Positions 1 through 11,718 of a DNA stretch of 33,402 nucleotides are shown piece after piece. The stretch's first letter is position 1, and each line of letters opens with the position of its first letter. The DNA comes from Nemertoderma westbladi (Eukaryota; Animalia; Xenacoelomorpha), in contig JAUCBJ010000099.1 of assembly GCA_032718475.1 (NCBI GenBank), forward strand, positions 1 through 33,402, read 5' to 3'. The notes beneath the pieces were generated by a model. The model ran no database searches. It was given only the letters and a program-made list of their open reading frames with translations, and was not told the DNA's origin. A program made the translations under genes and the position numbers.

Positions 1-182
1 AAGCATGGTGGACAGCCCATGACTTTCTTGAGACGCATCTTAAAGGACACTGGCCTTAAAGATGCGGATGATCTAGCAAATGTCATGGGTGATAGGGAGT
101 TGTGGCGGTGCAATTTTGTTGACAAGCCGGCACAGCATTCTTAAAAATGCAGCTGCAATGCAGCATGCCGATCCTAGTAGTA
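1..182 (+). mobile_element. 3' end of a young RTE-type non-LTR retrotransposon (RT C-terminus, stop codon, short 3' UTR, (GTA)n tail); cut by the window edge
   Basis: Matches 22181-22362 except for 2 nt (ag vs ct at 134-135); TAA at 142-144; ends cctagtagta. Confidence 0.92.
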
Positions 183-2260
183 CAGCAGATGTTTTGAGAA
201 TGATAGTGACCTTTGAAAAGTGATGCCTAAATAAATACCTGTATGCATTTAATACTTTTACAGGTTGTCCATTGTTTGAGAACTCTATCAGCTTTACAGA
301 GCCTACCGCCCAAGCGGAATTTTATTATGGCAGATTTATTTAAATTGACTTCTTGGAGACATTCCATTCTTGGAGAGCTTTCAACACCGTCCATTCCGAT
401 AGAGCATTGAGACCATCTTGAAGACCTTCGCTAGTATGCCAATAAAACAACAGCGAATAATACAATTAATAGAGTGGTGGCCCTCTTAAGTACGTTGACG
501 AGATCAGCAATGTAGAGTATAAATAAGTAGGGACTCGGCGTATCTCCCTGTAATAATCCGATCAACTGACTTATTGGCTTCGTTTTACGCAGCCTATCGA
601 ACACTTATATGTAATTAATGGCGAGCAGCAGTTCTATGAACCGTGGCATTCCACCTTTTAATCCAAATAAATGTCGCAGTTGAATGCCTTCTTAAAGTCA
701 ACAAAACATGTATGGGTATAAATCATGTGTATAGGGGTTTTCTAGGTTGGCTGAAATGAGAAGTGATGTCCCTTATTAGTTGTGCGATGGGTTGTGCTGT
801 AGACCGTCCTGGTAGGAAGCCGAATTGCTCTCCGGGTATTAAGTGCCTGAAACTGAAATCGGCACTGAGGCGTCGCACTACGAGTCCAGTTATAACATTG
901 TATGCATTGCATATCAAGGCGATGCCTCGGTAATTATCATGATTGTTTCGGGGACCTTTAACCTTTGTACAGCACTTTGCATAGACTCTATTTCCACGTT
1001 GATATAATTCGCGCAGATATGAAGCGTAATTTGAGTAAGTGTTACCCGGTTCCCCTGCTTTAGATCCTAGAGCACCTTAGATCTGGGTTGAACTTAGATC
1101 CCTCCCATACGAACTTAGATCCTTCCCATACGAACTTAGATCCTTCCCATACGAACTTAGATCCTTCCCATAGGAACTTAGATCCTCAACATACGAAACT
1201 TAGATCCCACCTTGCATATATTGCTCTACCGTAGCTGTGTTAATGTGAAATTTCATTCCCATAGGCCTGCAGACCTTACTGTAATGTAAATATTATCACG
1301 CCTGAAGGGGAGCGAACTTAGATCCACCTTGGCAAATTATAGTTTGTTGGTGAGTCACTGATCGCAACTACAGTACTTTGAGTCATTGGGTTTAGTCATA
1401 CTGTCATGCCAGTATGACTTATTTGCAATAGATCATTATACAGTAATTAGTTTTATATGCTTAATGAAACACAGTACAATATACACTATAATATCTATAG
1501 AACGCGGCCAACGCACAGTACACGTGGGATCTAAGTTCGCTTCTCCTCTAGCGTGTGCTAAGGAATTTGTATAAATTGGGATGTAAGTCTACCTAAGATC
1601 TAAAGTTCGCTTCGTGACAAGCATGATGATTACCAAGGCTTTTAATACATAAACTGGGATCTAAGTTCACCTAGTTAGGATCTAAGTTCACCTAGTTAGG
1701 ATCTAAGTTCACCTAGTTAGGATCTAAGTTCATCTAGTTAGGATCTAAGTTCATCTAGTTAGGATCTAAGTTCACCTAGTTAGGATCTAAGTTCACCTAG
1801 TTAGGATCTAAGTTCACCTAGTTAGGATCTAAGTTCACCCAGATAGGATCTAAGTTCGGAAAGATCTAAGTTCATCAGAGTCAGGCCTTGCAGGATCTAA
1901 GTTCGTTTTACCGTGTTACCCAAAAGTAAAGAGTTAACGGGAGAGCGGCCCTCAGTAATTCAAATGGAAGGTTATCGGGTCCTTTGGATTTCCGGTTAGG
2001 TTTCTTCCTGAACTCCTCTGCTACTTCCTCAGGAGTAAAAGGGGAATTAGGGAAGATCTTCCCCGACATCGGGGCTGGCCGTCGCCATTTACAGTGGGAT
2101 TTTGGAGGTTGTGTACGCAAAGGAGACAGAGAGTATGCGTGTAAAATTTTCCTCCCACGTAGCCAATGGCACTGGACAAGGAGGTTTGGCTCCACATTTA
2201 CGCATCACAAGTATGGCGCGAGTTCGGGTTGTGAGATCAGTTTACATTGGCGAATATAAT
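183..2260 (-). pseudogene. Decayed non-LTR retrotransposon reverse transcriptase, interrupted by a foldback element (1048-1912) and abutted by the young RTE copy
   Basis: Frameshifted minus-strand motifs in correct RT order: KSKGPDNLPFELL, NYRGIALI, EQFGFLPGRST, CFVDFKKAF, GLLQGDTPSPYLFILYIADL, YLGITF. Confidence 0.85.
1048..1912. mobile_element. Non-autonomous foldback (MULE-like) DNA element with inverted 21-bp tandem arrays
   Basis: Termini GGT...ACC; exact 9-bp target duplication gtgttaccc at 1039-1047 and 1913-1921; core gaacttagatcc repeated on the left and its reverse complement ggatctaagttc on the right. Confidence 0.85.
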
Positions 2261-2522
2261 ATCTATTAGGATAATTTTGTAGTCTATATGTACTGGGCGA
2301 GCGCAAGGAGGCTGGTAGGTAAAGGAGACGAGTATGTTTCTTAATTTATAATTAGCTAAGATTTCAATTATAAAGAACAACTGGTTTACACGTTCACTAC
2401 TAACCAGATAAAATAGGAATCTTTTAAATGTAATGTATTATTATTATCGTGCCGCAAGTTATGTGACTTACATAATATTATGTTATTGATATCGGATATA
2501 TTTATTTAAGTAGATAGCTTAC

Positions 2523-2651
2523 GGGTTCCGTCGTTGCAAACATCGCAAGTAGTAGCGCAATTTGCGTGCATGTATCCTTGGTTAGAATCACATTCACCGC
2601 CTTCTTTCCACATGGCGCAGTGTGCACCTATGTCTGCCGCTTCAACACAAA
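2523..2651 (-). CDS. ShKT-domain exon (exon 3) of a secreted ShKT-domain protein
   Basis: ttttatag| acceptor and |gtaag donor; 129 bp, phase 1-1; CVEAADIGAHCAMWKEGGECDSNQGYMHANCATTCDVC has the six-Cys ShKT spacing. Confidence 0.85.
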
Positions 2652-2774
2652 CTATAAAATAGAAATAGAGTTAAAACTTGTATACACAAAGTTGGGCCTT
2701 CGCGCAGCATGTGACATAAACTAATTTTAAGTTTCACCTCGAAAGAATTATAAGCAATATCAACTAATCACTTT

Positions 2775-3375
2775 TACCAGCTAGCGGCAGAATGGGTAAT
2801 TGTAGACGGTTTAAGACCTCACTAAAACTCAGTCTAGGTCTAGAATATATGTGCCAAGTGTCAATCAGGAGGATATGATTATAAACAATAATACGAAATG
2901 GTTGGAGGTTTTCATTTCAGACATTTCTAAAATATTTTCATTTCAGCCCACTAGCGGTAGACTGGAAAACTACAGATTGATTAGCGTTCAAACAAAGACA
3001 CAGCCAGTGTTCCAGTACATACAGTATGCCAAGTTTCAGCTTAAACGGATTAATATCAAGTAAACGGTGGAAGGTTTTCACTTTCAGATATTTTGCCCTC
3101 TAGCGGCAGACTAAAGAACTGCGGACCGATCTCCTTCCTCAAAAAGACGCAAACATGTGGTCTAGCAGTATGTGGTCTAGCAGCATGTGGTCTAGCAGCA
3201 TGTGGTCTAGCAGCATGTGGTCTAGCAGCATGTGGTCTAGCAGCATGTGGTCTAGTAGGCCTACATATAGTCCAAGATTCAGCTTGAAAGGATCATAAAT
3301 AACGAAATGGAAGAAAGATTTTACATTCAGACATGTCACCCTCTAGCGGTAGACTGGAGAACTGCAGACGGATTA
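2775..3375. repeat. Four diverged ~150-170 bp units (core ctagcggYagaNtRRR) in the ShKT intron
   Basis: Core seen near 2781, 2951, 3099 and 3343, with similar flanks such as tttcagaYat. Confidence 0.6.
3154..3255. repeat. 15-bp tandem repeat (catgtggtctagcag), ~7 copies
   Basis: Directly visible. Confidence 0.95.
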
Positions 3376-3523
3376 TTTTCTTATTCGCTGTTGTTGTATA
3401 GAGAACCATATATCAGTTTTGTAGGCTATGTACTGGGCGAGCGCAACGAGGCTGGTAAATGAGGCGAGTAAATTTCTTAAGTGTTAATGATATTGGTAAT
3501 ATTGATTTAAGTAGATGTCTTAC

Positions 3524-3649
3524 TGTCGTCGTTGCAAACATCACAAGTAGTAGCGCAATTTGCGTGCATGTATTCTTGGTTAGAATCACATTCACCGCTT
3601 TCTTTCCACATGGCGCAGTGTGCACCTATGTCTGCATCTTCAACACAAG
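3524..3649 (-). CDS. ShKT-domain exon (exon 2) of a secreted ShKT-domain protein
   Basis: tttcatag| acceptor and |gtaag donor; 126 bp, phase 1-1; CVEDADIGAHCAMWKESGECDSNQEYMHANCATTCDVC. Confidence 0.87.
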
Positions 3650-4498
3650 CTATGAAATTGAAATATTTTTTATAAAACAAAATTGTATACAATTCAGAAT
3701 GATAACGCAACATCATTATATAAACCTAACCATTACAAGTCAATCTAGCATAAATCCCAAAAGTGAATTTCAATCAATCCAAACGTAAAGAACACTTAAC
3801 TATGCAAACATTAAACATAAAACTATGCAAATTTATTTTAAGGAACATATATTTATTCATGAAAATTATACATAAATTTGTATAACACAATCCAATCATA
3901 ATCAGACAGGAGGGAAGAGTAGGTCTACTCGATCTAAGTAGCAAATTAGTGATGTTCCAGAATAATTTAAATAATTGCACAATTATTATGCTGCAATTCA
4001 ATGGGGAATGAATAATTCTTTAAACTGTGTTGCACTTGCACAGTAGTAATTGGTCTCTTCTCTGTAACTGGAAGTAGCACTTTACTTTACTTTACTTATT
4101 AAGCTTTACTTTAGATTTACTTTACTTAATTATTAAATTACTTTAATTATTAGTCAATAGTTGGGACTAAAGATTTTCAACACTAAATTCCGGGAAATTC
4201 CCACCAAAGATTAAAAATGTAGAATGACAAAAATTGGTTCGTATGAATTACGAATTAGGTTTGGGTTACTTCTTCTTTTTTCTTAACTACAACTGTAAAT
4301 AGCAAAATTATTATATAAACCGAACCACATTGACATTAAAGCAACATCATCACTTACATAAACCGAAACACTAAAACTCCAAAACTTATCATGTAGGTCT
4401 AACATTGGGTAAGTTAATCCAACAACAGACAAATCGTTTAATAATAACCATACATAAAACTTAAAATATCTTATTACTTTTATTAATAATGCACTTAC

Positions 4499-4583
4499 CT
4501 GCTTCACCTGCCGTGGTTACCTTCAAAACCCCAGTTATAAGACCCACGGTAACCACACAGATCACTATCACATTCAACCCCAT
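4499..4583 (-). CDS. First coding exon (signal peptide) of the ShKT-domain gene
   Basis: ATG at 4583; hydrophobic MGLNVIVICVVTVGLITGVLKVTTAGEA, then a phase-1 G|GTAAGT donor compatible with the ShKT exons. Confidence 0.75.
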
Positions 4584-6004
4584 TATCACAGGTGTTGTTT
4601 ATGAACGGAGCTAATATTTATTATTTTTTTGTACTTAATGTTTGTACGTTATGTGGGTGTGGCAAAAATTTTAATATTATTTTATTAGATAATACAGTGC
4701 GCAGTTAATTTAATCTGCTATTTGATATTCTAACGTAGTTTTCTGTACTGTAAATTAATAATGTGATACTGTAGTAATGGGTCAGTAATTACTCAAATTA
4801 TGTGATTGTGTTGGTTGTTGGTACCCGTCCTGTATTACCACAGATGTTCCACACACGCCATTATAACTGCGAGTATAGCGCATACTGTAGGCCTACTATC
4901 TGTACAAACTGCACACTACATTCATTGCCTTACTGTAGTCGCGTGGAATTTTTAGAAATATATCCGAAACGATCAATCAATCATTTTTTAATCGCGAACA
5001 AAATTATTATCTTCAGCAAATATAACAATCGTAGCCGCATTTCAAAAGTATACAGTTTAAGCAAAATATATTATGTTATTAAAGAGTCCAAAAACTCCTT
5101 AATTAATGTGTCGTCCTTATCCATGGTTGAAACTGGTATGGTCTAAAAAAGTAAAAGTTAAAAATGTAAAATTTTATCCATGTCAGGAAAATATACTTTG
5201 GAAGTAAACAAATGTGAATGCAAATGTCGTGTAAATCAAATGAAAATAATGATAAGTTATAAATATACGACTATATAATAACTTATTAATACAACAAGTT
5301 CCGGTCCAGTTCACTGTGCTGTTTTTCGTATTCTACACCACTGCACATGGATTAATAAGTTCTCAGTTGCTGACTAAAGTCAACCAGGCGAACCAGCCGT
5401 AATTAGTCTAAAGAAATTAATTACACAGTTACTTCCAATAATATAGATACAGTTGTATGTGCGACAACAAAATGAGGATTAATAGATAGGGGCCTATTCT
5501 ATGTAATTTGTTTATTAGACCAACAAATAGGACCAATTATAAAATGAGAAAGATTGATCGACTTTGGAAAAGGTTTAATTATTACGTTACAAGTAATAAA
5601 TACATAAATGAAATATTCGTACCTCTTAGTCAATGATTAAGTGAGAATTCACGAGTCTACTAACCAGCAGTTAACAATAATTTAAAAATTCACATTTTAG
5701 AAAAACACAGATACAGTAATAGCTTTATATAATTGGCTTATGGGATAACAATCGGATTTCTGTCTTTTAGTTCCCCTGAAGTTAAGTTGAATGTCTCGCA
5801 AGCTGTTCGTCAGCTTATCCATTGTATGTCCCTATTGGTGCGTGTCTTACATTAAATTCTGTTGGGATATAAAAAGATTACTGCACGGTTGCCCATGTCA
5901 GATATAACCTTTTGATGAACTTAAATTATTTTATACACACATAACTCAACCCCGACTGGCGATGATATATGATAAAGTTTGGTGTCAGTTTGAATAATGA
6001 TTCT

Positions 6005-7553
6005 TTTTTTAGACTGGTGTATGGCACTATTTTTATTTTACTGTTTCTATTTTTAGACTGGTGTATGGCACTATTTTTATTTTATTGTTTCTATTTTTAG
6101 ACTGGTGTATGGCACTATTTTTATTTTATTGTTTCTATTTTTAGACTGTAGTATGGCACCATTTTATTTTATTGTTTCTATTTTTAGAGTGGAGTATGGC
6201 ACCATTTTTATTTTACTGTTTCTATTGGAGTATGGCACTATTTTTATTTTAAGGTTTCTATTTTTAGACTGGTGTATGGCACCATTTTCATTTTACTGTT
6301 TCTATTTTTAGACTGGAGTATGGCACTATTTTTATTTTACTGTTTCTATTTTAGACTGGAGTATGGCACTATTTTTATTTTAAGGTTTCTATTTTTAGAC
6401 TGGAGTATGGCACTATTTTTATTTTAAGGTTTCTATTTTTAGACTGGAGTATGGCACTATTTTTATTTTAAGGTTTCTATTTTTAGACTGGTGTATGGCA
6501 CCATTTTCATTTTACTGTTTCTATTTTTAGACTGGAGTATGGCACTATTTTTATTTTACTGTTTCTATTTTTAGACTGGAGTATGGCACTATTTTTATTT
6601 TACTGTTTCTATTTTTAGACTGGAGTATGGCACTATTTTTATTTTAAGGTTTCTATTTTTAGACTGGAGTATGGCACTATTTTTATTTTAAGGTTTCTAT
6701 TTTTAGACTGGAGTATGGCACTATTTTTATTTTAAGGTTTCTATTTTTAGACTGGAGTATGGCACTATTTTTATTTTAAGGTTTCTATTTTTAGACTGGT
6801 GTATGGCACCATTTTCATTTTACTGTTTCTATTTTTAGACCGGAGTATGGCACTATTTTTATTTTAAGGTTTCTATTTTTAGACTGGAGTATGGCACTAT
6901 TTTTATTTTAAGGTTTCTATTTTTAGACTGGTGTATGGCACCATTTTCATTTTACTGTTTCTATTTTTAGACTGGAGTATGGCACTATTTTTATTTTACT
7001 GTTTCTATTTTTAGACTGGAGTATGGCACTATTTTTATTTTACTGTTTCTATTTTTAGACTGGAGTATGGCACTATTTTTATTTTAAGGTTTCTATTTTT
7101 AGACTGGAGTATGGCACTATTTTTATTTTAAGGTTTCTATTTTTAGACTGGAGTATGGCACTATTTTTATTTTAAGGTTTCTATTTTTAGACTGGAGTAT
7201 GGCACTATTTTTATTTCAAGGTTTCTATTTTTAGACTGGTGTATGGCACCATTTTCATTTTACTGTTTCTATTTTTAGACTGGAGTATGGCACTATTTTT
7301 ATTTTACTGTTTCTATTTTTAGACTGGAGTATGGCACTATTTTTATTTTATTGTTTCTATTTTTAGACTGGAGTATGGCACTATTTTTATTTTACTGTTT
7401 CTATTTTTAGACTGGAGTATGGCACTATTTTTATTTTACTGTTTCTATTTTTAGACTGGAGTATGGCACTATTTTTATTTTAAGGTTTCTATTTTTAGAC
7501 TGGTGTATGGCACTATTTTTACTTTAAGGTTTCTATTTTTAGACTGGTGTATG
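6005..7553 (+). repeat. 44-bp minisatellite, ~35 copies; each unit contains the splice acceptor and first 11 nt of the downstream ATRX-like exon
   Basis: Unit agactggWgtatggcactatttttattttactgtttctattttt; the last unit runs into the exon at 7543. Confidence 0.95.
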
Positions 7554-7678
7554 TCGCAGTTTGTGAAGCCACATTTACTGGGGACTATGAGTGAATTTAA
7601 CAACAGATTCGTAAACCCAATTACCAACGGCCAACATATAGACTCCACTGCAAGTGATGTGTCGATTATGCGAAAGCG
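7543..7678 (+). CDS. ATRX: ATRX-like SNF2 helicase, internal exon (SNF2_N lobe)
   Basis: ttttag| ... |gttagt; WCMSQFVKPHLLGTMSEFNNRFVNPITNGQHIDST resembles ATRX LLGSIKEFRNRFINPIQNGQCADST. Confidence 0.88.
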
Positions 7679-8110
7679 GTTAGTTTGACTACGATTTCAT
7701 TTAGGCTTTTCTCAATTTTTTATTTATGCTGGGACAATGAATGTAGCCTAATTTATTGTTAATAAGGAGAATAAATACCTTCGGTCGAAATTTTATTGGA
7801 ATTTTATTTATTTATTTATATATGAAGAATTTGTTTTTTTTTACTTTCTCTTTATTCAGTGTGTATTGTTTTGGTTATATTCGGCCCTTTCGTAACCGGG
7901 GATTTTAGTGAAAACTTTTAGCCTGCTAGAATTCTTCGTTTCACATAGGACTCGGTAAACTGTAAGTAGTATGTCTGATGTACTTTACACGGGCCCTACA
8001 ACTGTAGTACTGCACTATATCTTCACGATATTAATTTGAAACTCTTTTATAGTAATATCTTTTACCTTTACCAAGAATTATCAGATTATTGTTACACAAC
8101 AACGTTGCAG

Positions 8111-8408
8111 GTCCCACGTTCTTCACGATATGTTATCAGGGTGTATCCAACGCCAGGATTACTCCTGTTTGTCAAGTTTCCTTCCTCCCAAACACGAATA
8201 CGTCATCAGGGTATTTATGACGCCTCTGCAATGGGAACTATACCATCGATACGTGACCACGATGAGTTGTGTGTCCGGAATTGAGCAGAATGTGAACAAG
8301 GAGTCGAGACGGGCGGTTCTCGCACACTTCAACGACTACCATCAGCTCCGGAGAATTTGGACTGATCCGTTCCTGATATTCCCCGGAGAAGAAAGAGAAA
8401 AGCAACGG
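8111..8408 (+). CDS. ATRX: ATRX-like SNF2 helicase, internal exon
   Basis: ttgcag| ... |gttagt; phase matches the previous exon; SHVLHDMLSGCIQRQDY...FLPPKHEYVI is ATRX-type. Confidence 0.9.
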
Positions 8409-8453
8409 GTTAGTTTCGCGACCAAACAAACGTTTAAGAGCAGCAGTTACCAT

Positions 8454-8746
8454 TTGTGGGGCGAGCCACGTAAGTCCAGGTGTGCCTTAGCGTAGGGCTA
8501 ATTATTGGACCAGTCTGTCGTCGTCGTCGTTGTCGAAAATGTTTGAACGCTAATAAGTCAGTAAATTTTTGATGAAATGGAGCCAAACAACTTGGTACAG
8601 ATGTAGTTTATAAATAGTTTAGAAATTCTACACTCAGACAGACATATATGGTTCATCTGTCCACCGATAGGGGGCGAATGGCTAGGTCCACTAATTGTAC
8701 CTCTACGCAAAGACTCACCTGAACTTATACGCGAAGTCACCACGAA
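8454..8746. mobile_element. Short non-autonomous element with diverged ~60-bp inverted ends and a (GTC)n microsatellite (Helentron/HINE-like or MITE)
   Basis: Left taagtccaggtgtgccttagcgtagggctaattattggacc resembles the reverse complement of 8684-8727; gtctgtcgtcgtcgtcg follows the left arm. Confidence 0.5.
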
Positions 8747-8798
8747 CGTGTTACAATGGGTTATAGGTTATTGTAAATATGCTTTTTCTTATTAATAG

Positions 8799-8967
8799 AA
8801 ATTACTTCACGAAGTGGCAGGAATTTATTCTGAGACCGGGGGTGACTCGGTTGCCGTGTCCGCAATTGCAGATACCGATGTGACTTGGGATGTGGAAGAT
8901 ATCATGGAAGACATGAGTGCCGAGCTGAAAACCTACAGCACACGAACGCGGTTTAAACCGGGCGCAG
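8799..8967 (+). CDS. ATRX: ATRX-like helicase, acidic inter-lobe linker exon
   Basis: ctttttcttattaatag| ... G|gttagt; open 169 bp, phase 0-1, which bridges the flanking exons exactly; KLLHEVAG...VEDIMEDMSAELKTYSTRTRFKPG. Confidence 0.75.
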
Positions 8968-10129
8968 GTTAGTTGTTACCTAGAGCTCCTGTCTACGGTC
9001 TCCCAAACATTGCCTGCATGCTGTAACGGTAACTATAAGCTTCAAATTGAAAAGTAACCTCTACAATAATAAAGTAAAGTGATATTATTATACATAACCG
9101 CTATGGAACTGAAATATTTGCAATGTGACGCTATTTACTGTGCTAGAAGCGTCGAAGTCCTGTAAACTCACTAAATTTCCACCCGAAGTGCCGCCTGTAT
9201 TTAGTTTTAAAGCCCCTTTGGATAGGAAACAATTGAAACAAAATACGCGCTCCCTAGTAGACCTTAATATTAGATAGGCCGGTGTGATTACAGAACCCTG
9301 GATAATATTTTAAAACCAATTGACCGCCCCGGTAATATTTACATCCTTCCAAATATAGACAATCAATATCCAGGCATTATTAATTACACCACTCACCTCA
9401 TTTAGGGTGGTAATTAAAATTCCACTAAGTGCACGTGCACTGTCTGGGATGGATCCCTGGATATTAGGGCCCAGGCGTGTACAAACTCGCCTGCCTGGGG
9501 TGTAACAATTGATTGATGGGGTGAAGCAATATGAATCATAATTTTTCTACTGTTTAACGGAAAACTTATTATTATTGAGCGACAGTCATGATTGACCTCT
9601 GACCTGCCAAAGGTCTGCAAATGGCGGTGTTTTCGTCTTTTTTACTCAATGTGTTTTTGACATACCTACTCACTCGGTGAAGTTACTTTTGTGACTAACT
9701 GACCAACCAGCTGAGGCGCAGGCCGCCAGATCTTGCTCGGGATGGACAAACTCGTCCCAGCGCGCTAGCTCGATAACTACAGATCGTCGGTGCCCACTAC
9801 TTTTCGCCACGAAGTTCGGTTTAGAATTTTTTTTATTTTCCATGTCCCCTTAGGGGCTCCGTATATAAAGGATAGAGTTTTTGGGTAAATTTTTGCTGAT
9901 TTCATAATATACCCAAACGGGACCGCCACTACTGTTTGGACATACCAGAGTGTTTGCAAAGAGCCATCAATATCAATGAATATCAATATCAATATATTGA
10001 TTACCATTTACCATTAATATCGATTAACGTTTAACATTAACGATTACCATTTTATATTGATGCCATTTTACGACTGTGGTGTGACCTATTTGCGGCAATA
10101 TGAGACTAAACTTGCGATTGAGATTATTT

Positions 10130-11007
10130 TATGATTGATTATTTTTATTTATAATATTTGTACATAATAAATATAAATAAATGATTGAATAATAATAATT
10201 AAATATATAGAAAACAATAAACAGTTGATAACAAAGGACAATAACAAAAGGAGCACAATAATTATATTACACGGAATAGGATAATAATAATTCATAGTTT
10301 ATATGGGGATAACATTACTCTGATGTAATAAACTACCTAATATTATCAGCTCAGTAACCTATTGAGCCCCGATGTAATGGCCACGTAGACCTGCTCCATC
10401 CCCGAAGCCCAACCCACGCCATGGGCGTCTGCTTCCCCAGCACAAACTAGAGGCGCCGCGTACACCGCCCAGGACACAGGAACAGCATCTGTCCGTCATC
10501 CTCTCTCGTTTTGCAACGAGGCCCTCTGCAATGTGGCGAATATAGGATCTGTGCCTCGCGGCACCGGGCACCGTCGGTTGTTCCGACTAGGGGCGTGAAC
10601 GTCATCCTTCGGTCTTCGCACATCGTATGGTAGTGGCGTTTCTTAGCGCGGCATCGCTCCTCCAGCTGAGACTCCGTTGAACAGTTAAGGAACTGGTAAG
10701 AGGTGGCGTCAGGATTAATGACTGCCACGTCGAACGACTCCACTATCTGGTTGTCCCAGACCCCGCGCCCGACCAAATCGGCGCGTACACCCCAACCTCG
10801 ATCCCAGCGGCTATCAAGATTACCGTGAGCCACCATGACCTCCCGTTGAAAACTCGCGGGCCGGATGGCGGAGGAGAGTAGGTCACCATAAACTTCTCGA
10901 ACCTCATCGTGGCGTTTGATAACCAGGCCACTCGTCTTGCAACTCAACGCGTGTGCTGTTGAGAAATTATCTCCACATCCCTCATCACACCTGGCTGGCA
11001 GATCGGG
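10130..11007 (-). mobile_element. 5'-truncated CRE-like non-LTR retrotransposon: CCHC knuckle plus restriction-like endonuclease (frameshifted) and AT-rich 3' UTR
   Basis: DLPARCDEGCGDNFSTAHALSCK..RHDEVR..RADLVGRGVW..FDVAVINPDATSY..KKRHY..FTPLV; the 3' boundary is approximate. Confidence 0.8.
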
Positions 11008-11273
11008 TGGGGGGGGGGGGGGGGGGGGTTGATTATTTTGTACTATGTAATCCGACGGCCACTAATGTCTCCTATCCGTCTCTGCCGGTTTCTCTTTTTC
11101 CTCTTCACAGAGGTTTTTCCATGTTTATTTCGTATATTATTATCATTTATTATCAAAAGGAAGATATTATCTTGAAAATAGAAATAACAAAATGTTACAT
11201 TCAAAATTATATTCACAATTCAAAATGTACTTACTACTTACTGTAGGACTATATCTGTATTTATCTATGACAG

Positions 11274-11442
11274 AGCCTTCGAGATGTTTGGATAGTTCGG
11301 TTGCGCCAGACAAACCCCCCTGGTACGCAGGTCTTATAGACAAGGACATGGTACACGAAGTTAGCACTCTCGATACATTGAGTGGCAAGATGGTGTTCGT
11401 ACTTGATACTATTCTGTTGGCCGGGCAACAGGATGAAAAAGT
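11274..11442 (+). CDS. ATRX: ATRX-like helicase exon (start of the helicase C lobe)
   Basis: gacag| ... GT|gtaagt; PWYAGLI...LSGKMVFVLDTILLAGQQDEKV resembles ATRX SGKMVLLFEILRMAEEIGDKV. Confidence 0.88.
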
Positions 11443-11718
11443 GTAAGTATTTAAATTCATCATTCATCAACTTTTCAGCAACTTTAATTTGGATTTCTAT
11501 TTATTTGGATTGTACACAAAATTACCTTATTTTAGTGTGTAATGTACTTTTGTTACATTTTATGTATCAGCGTTCTGGTGATGTCCTGGTAACGCAGCAA
11601 TGGAATCACTAACTTAGTGATATTAAATTTCTCGAACACGTGTTGAAAGTGTAAGATTAAAAAGTGTTTAAGATTATTTACCGTACAGTTATTGTAATAA
11701 CTGTAGGCCTACACCATA

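Noticed and set aside
3093-3339. CGLAA and LLDHM repeat ORFs
   Set aside because: Artefacts of the 15-bp tandem repeat.
6005-7553. Recursive splicing through the acceptor arrays
   Set aside because: Acceptors are followed by AC (or TA in the 39-bp array) rather than GT, so no donor is regenerated.
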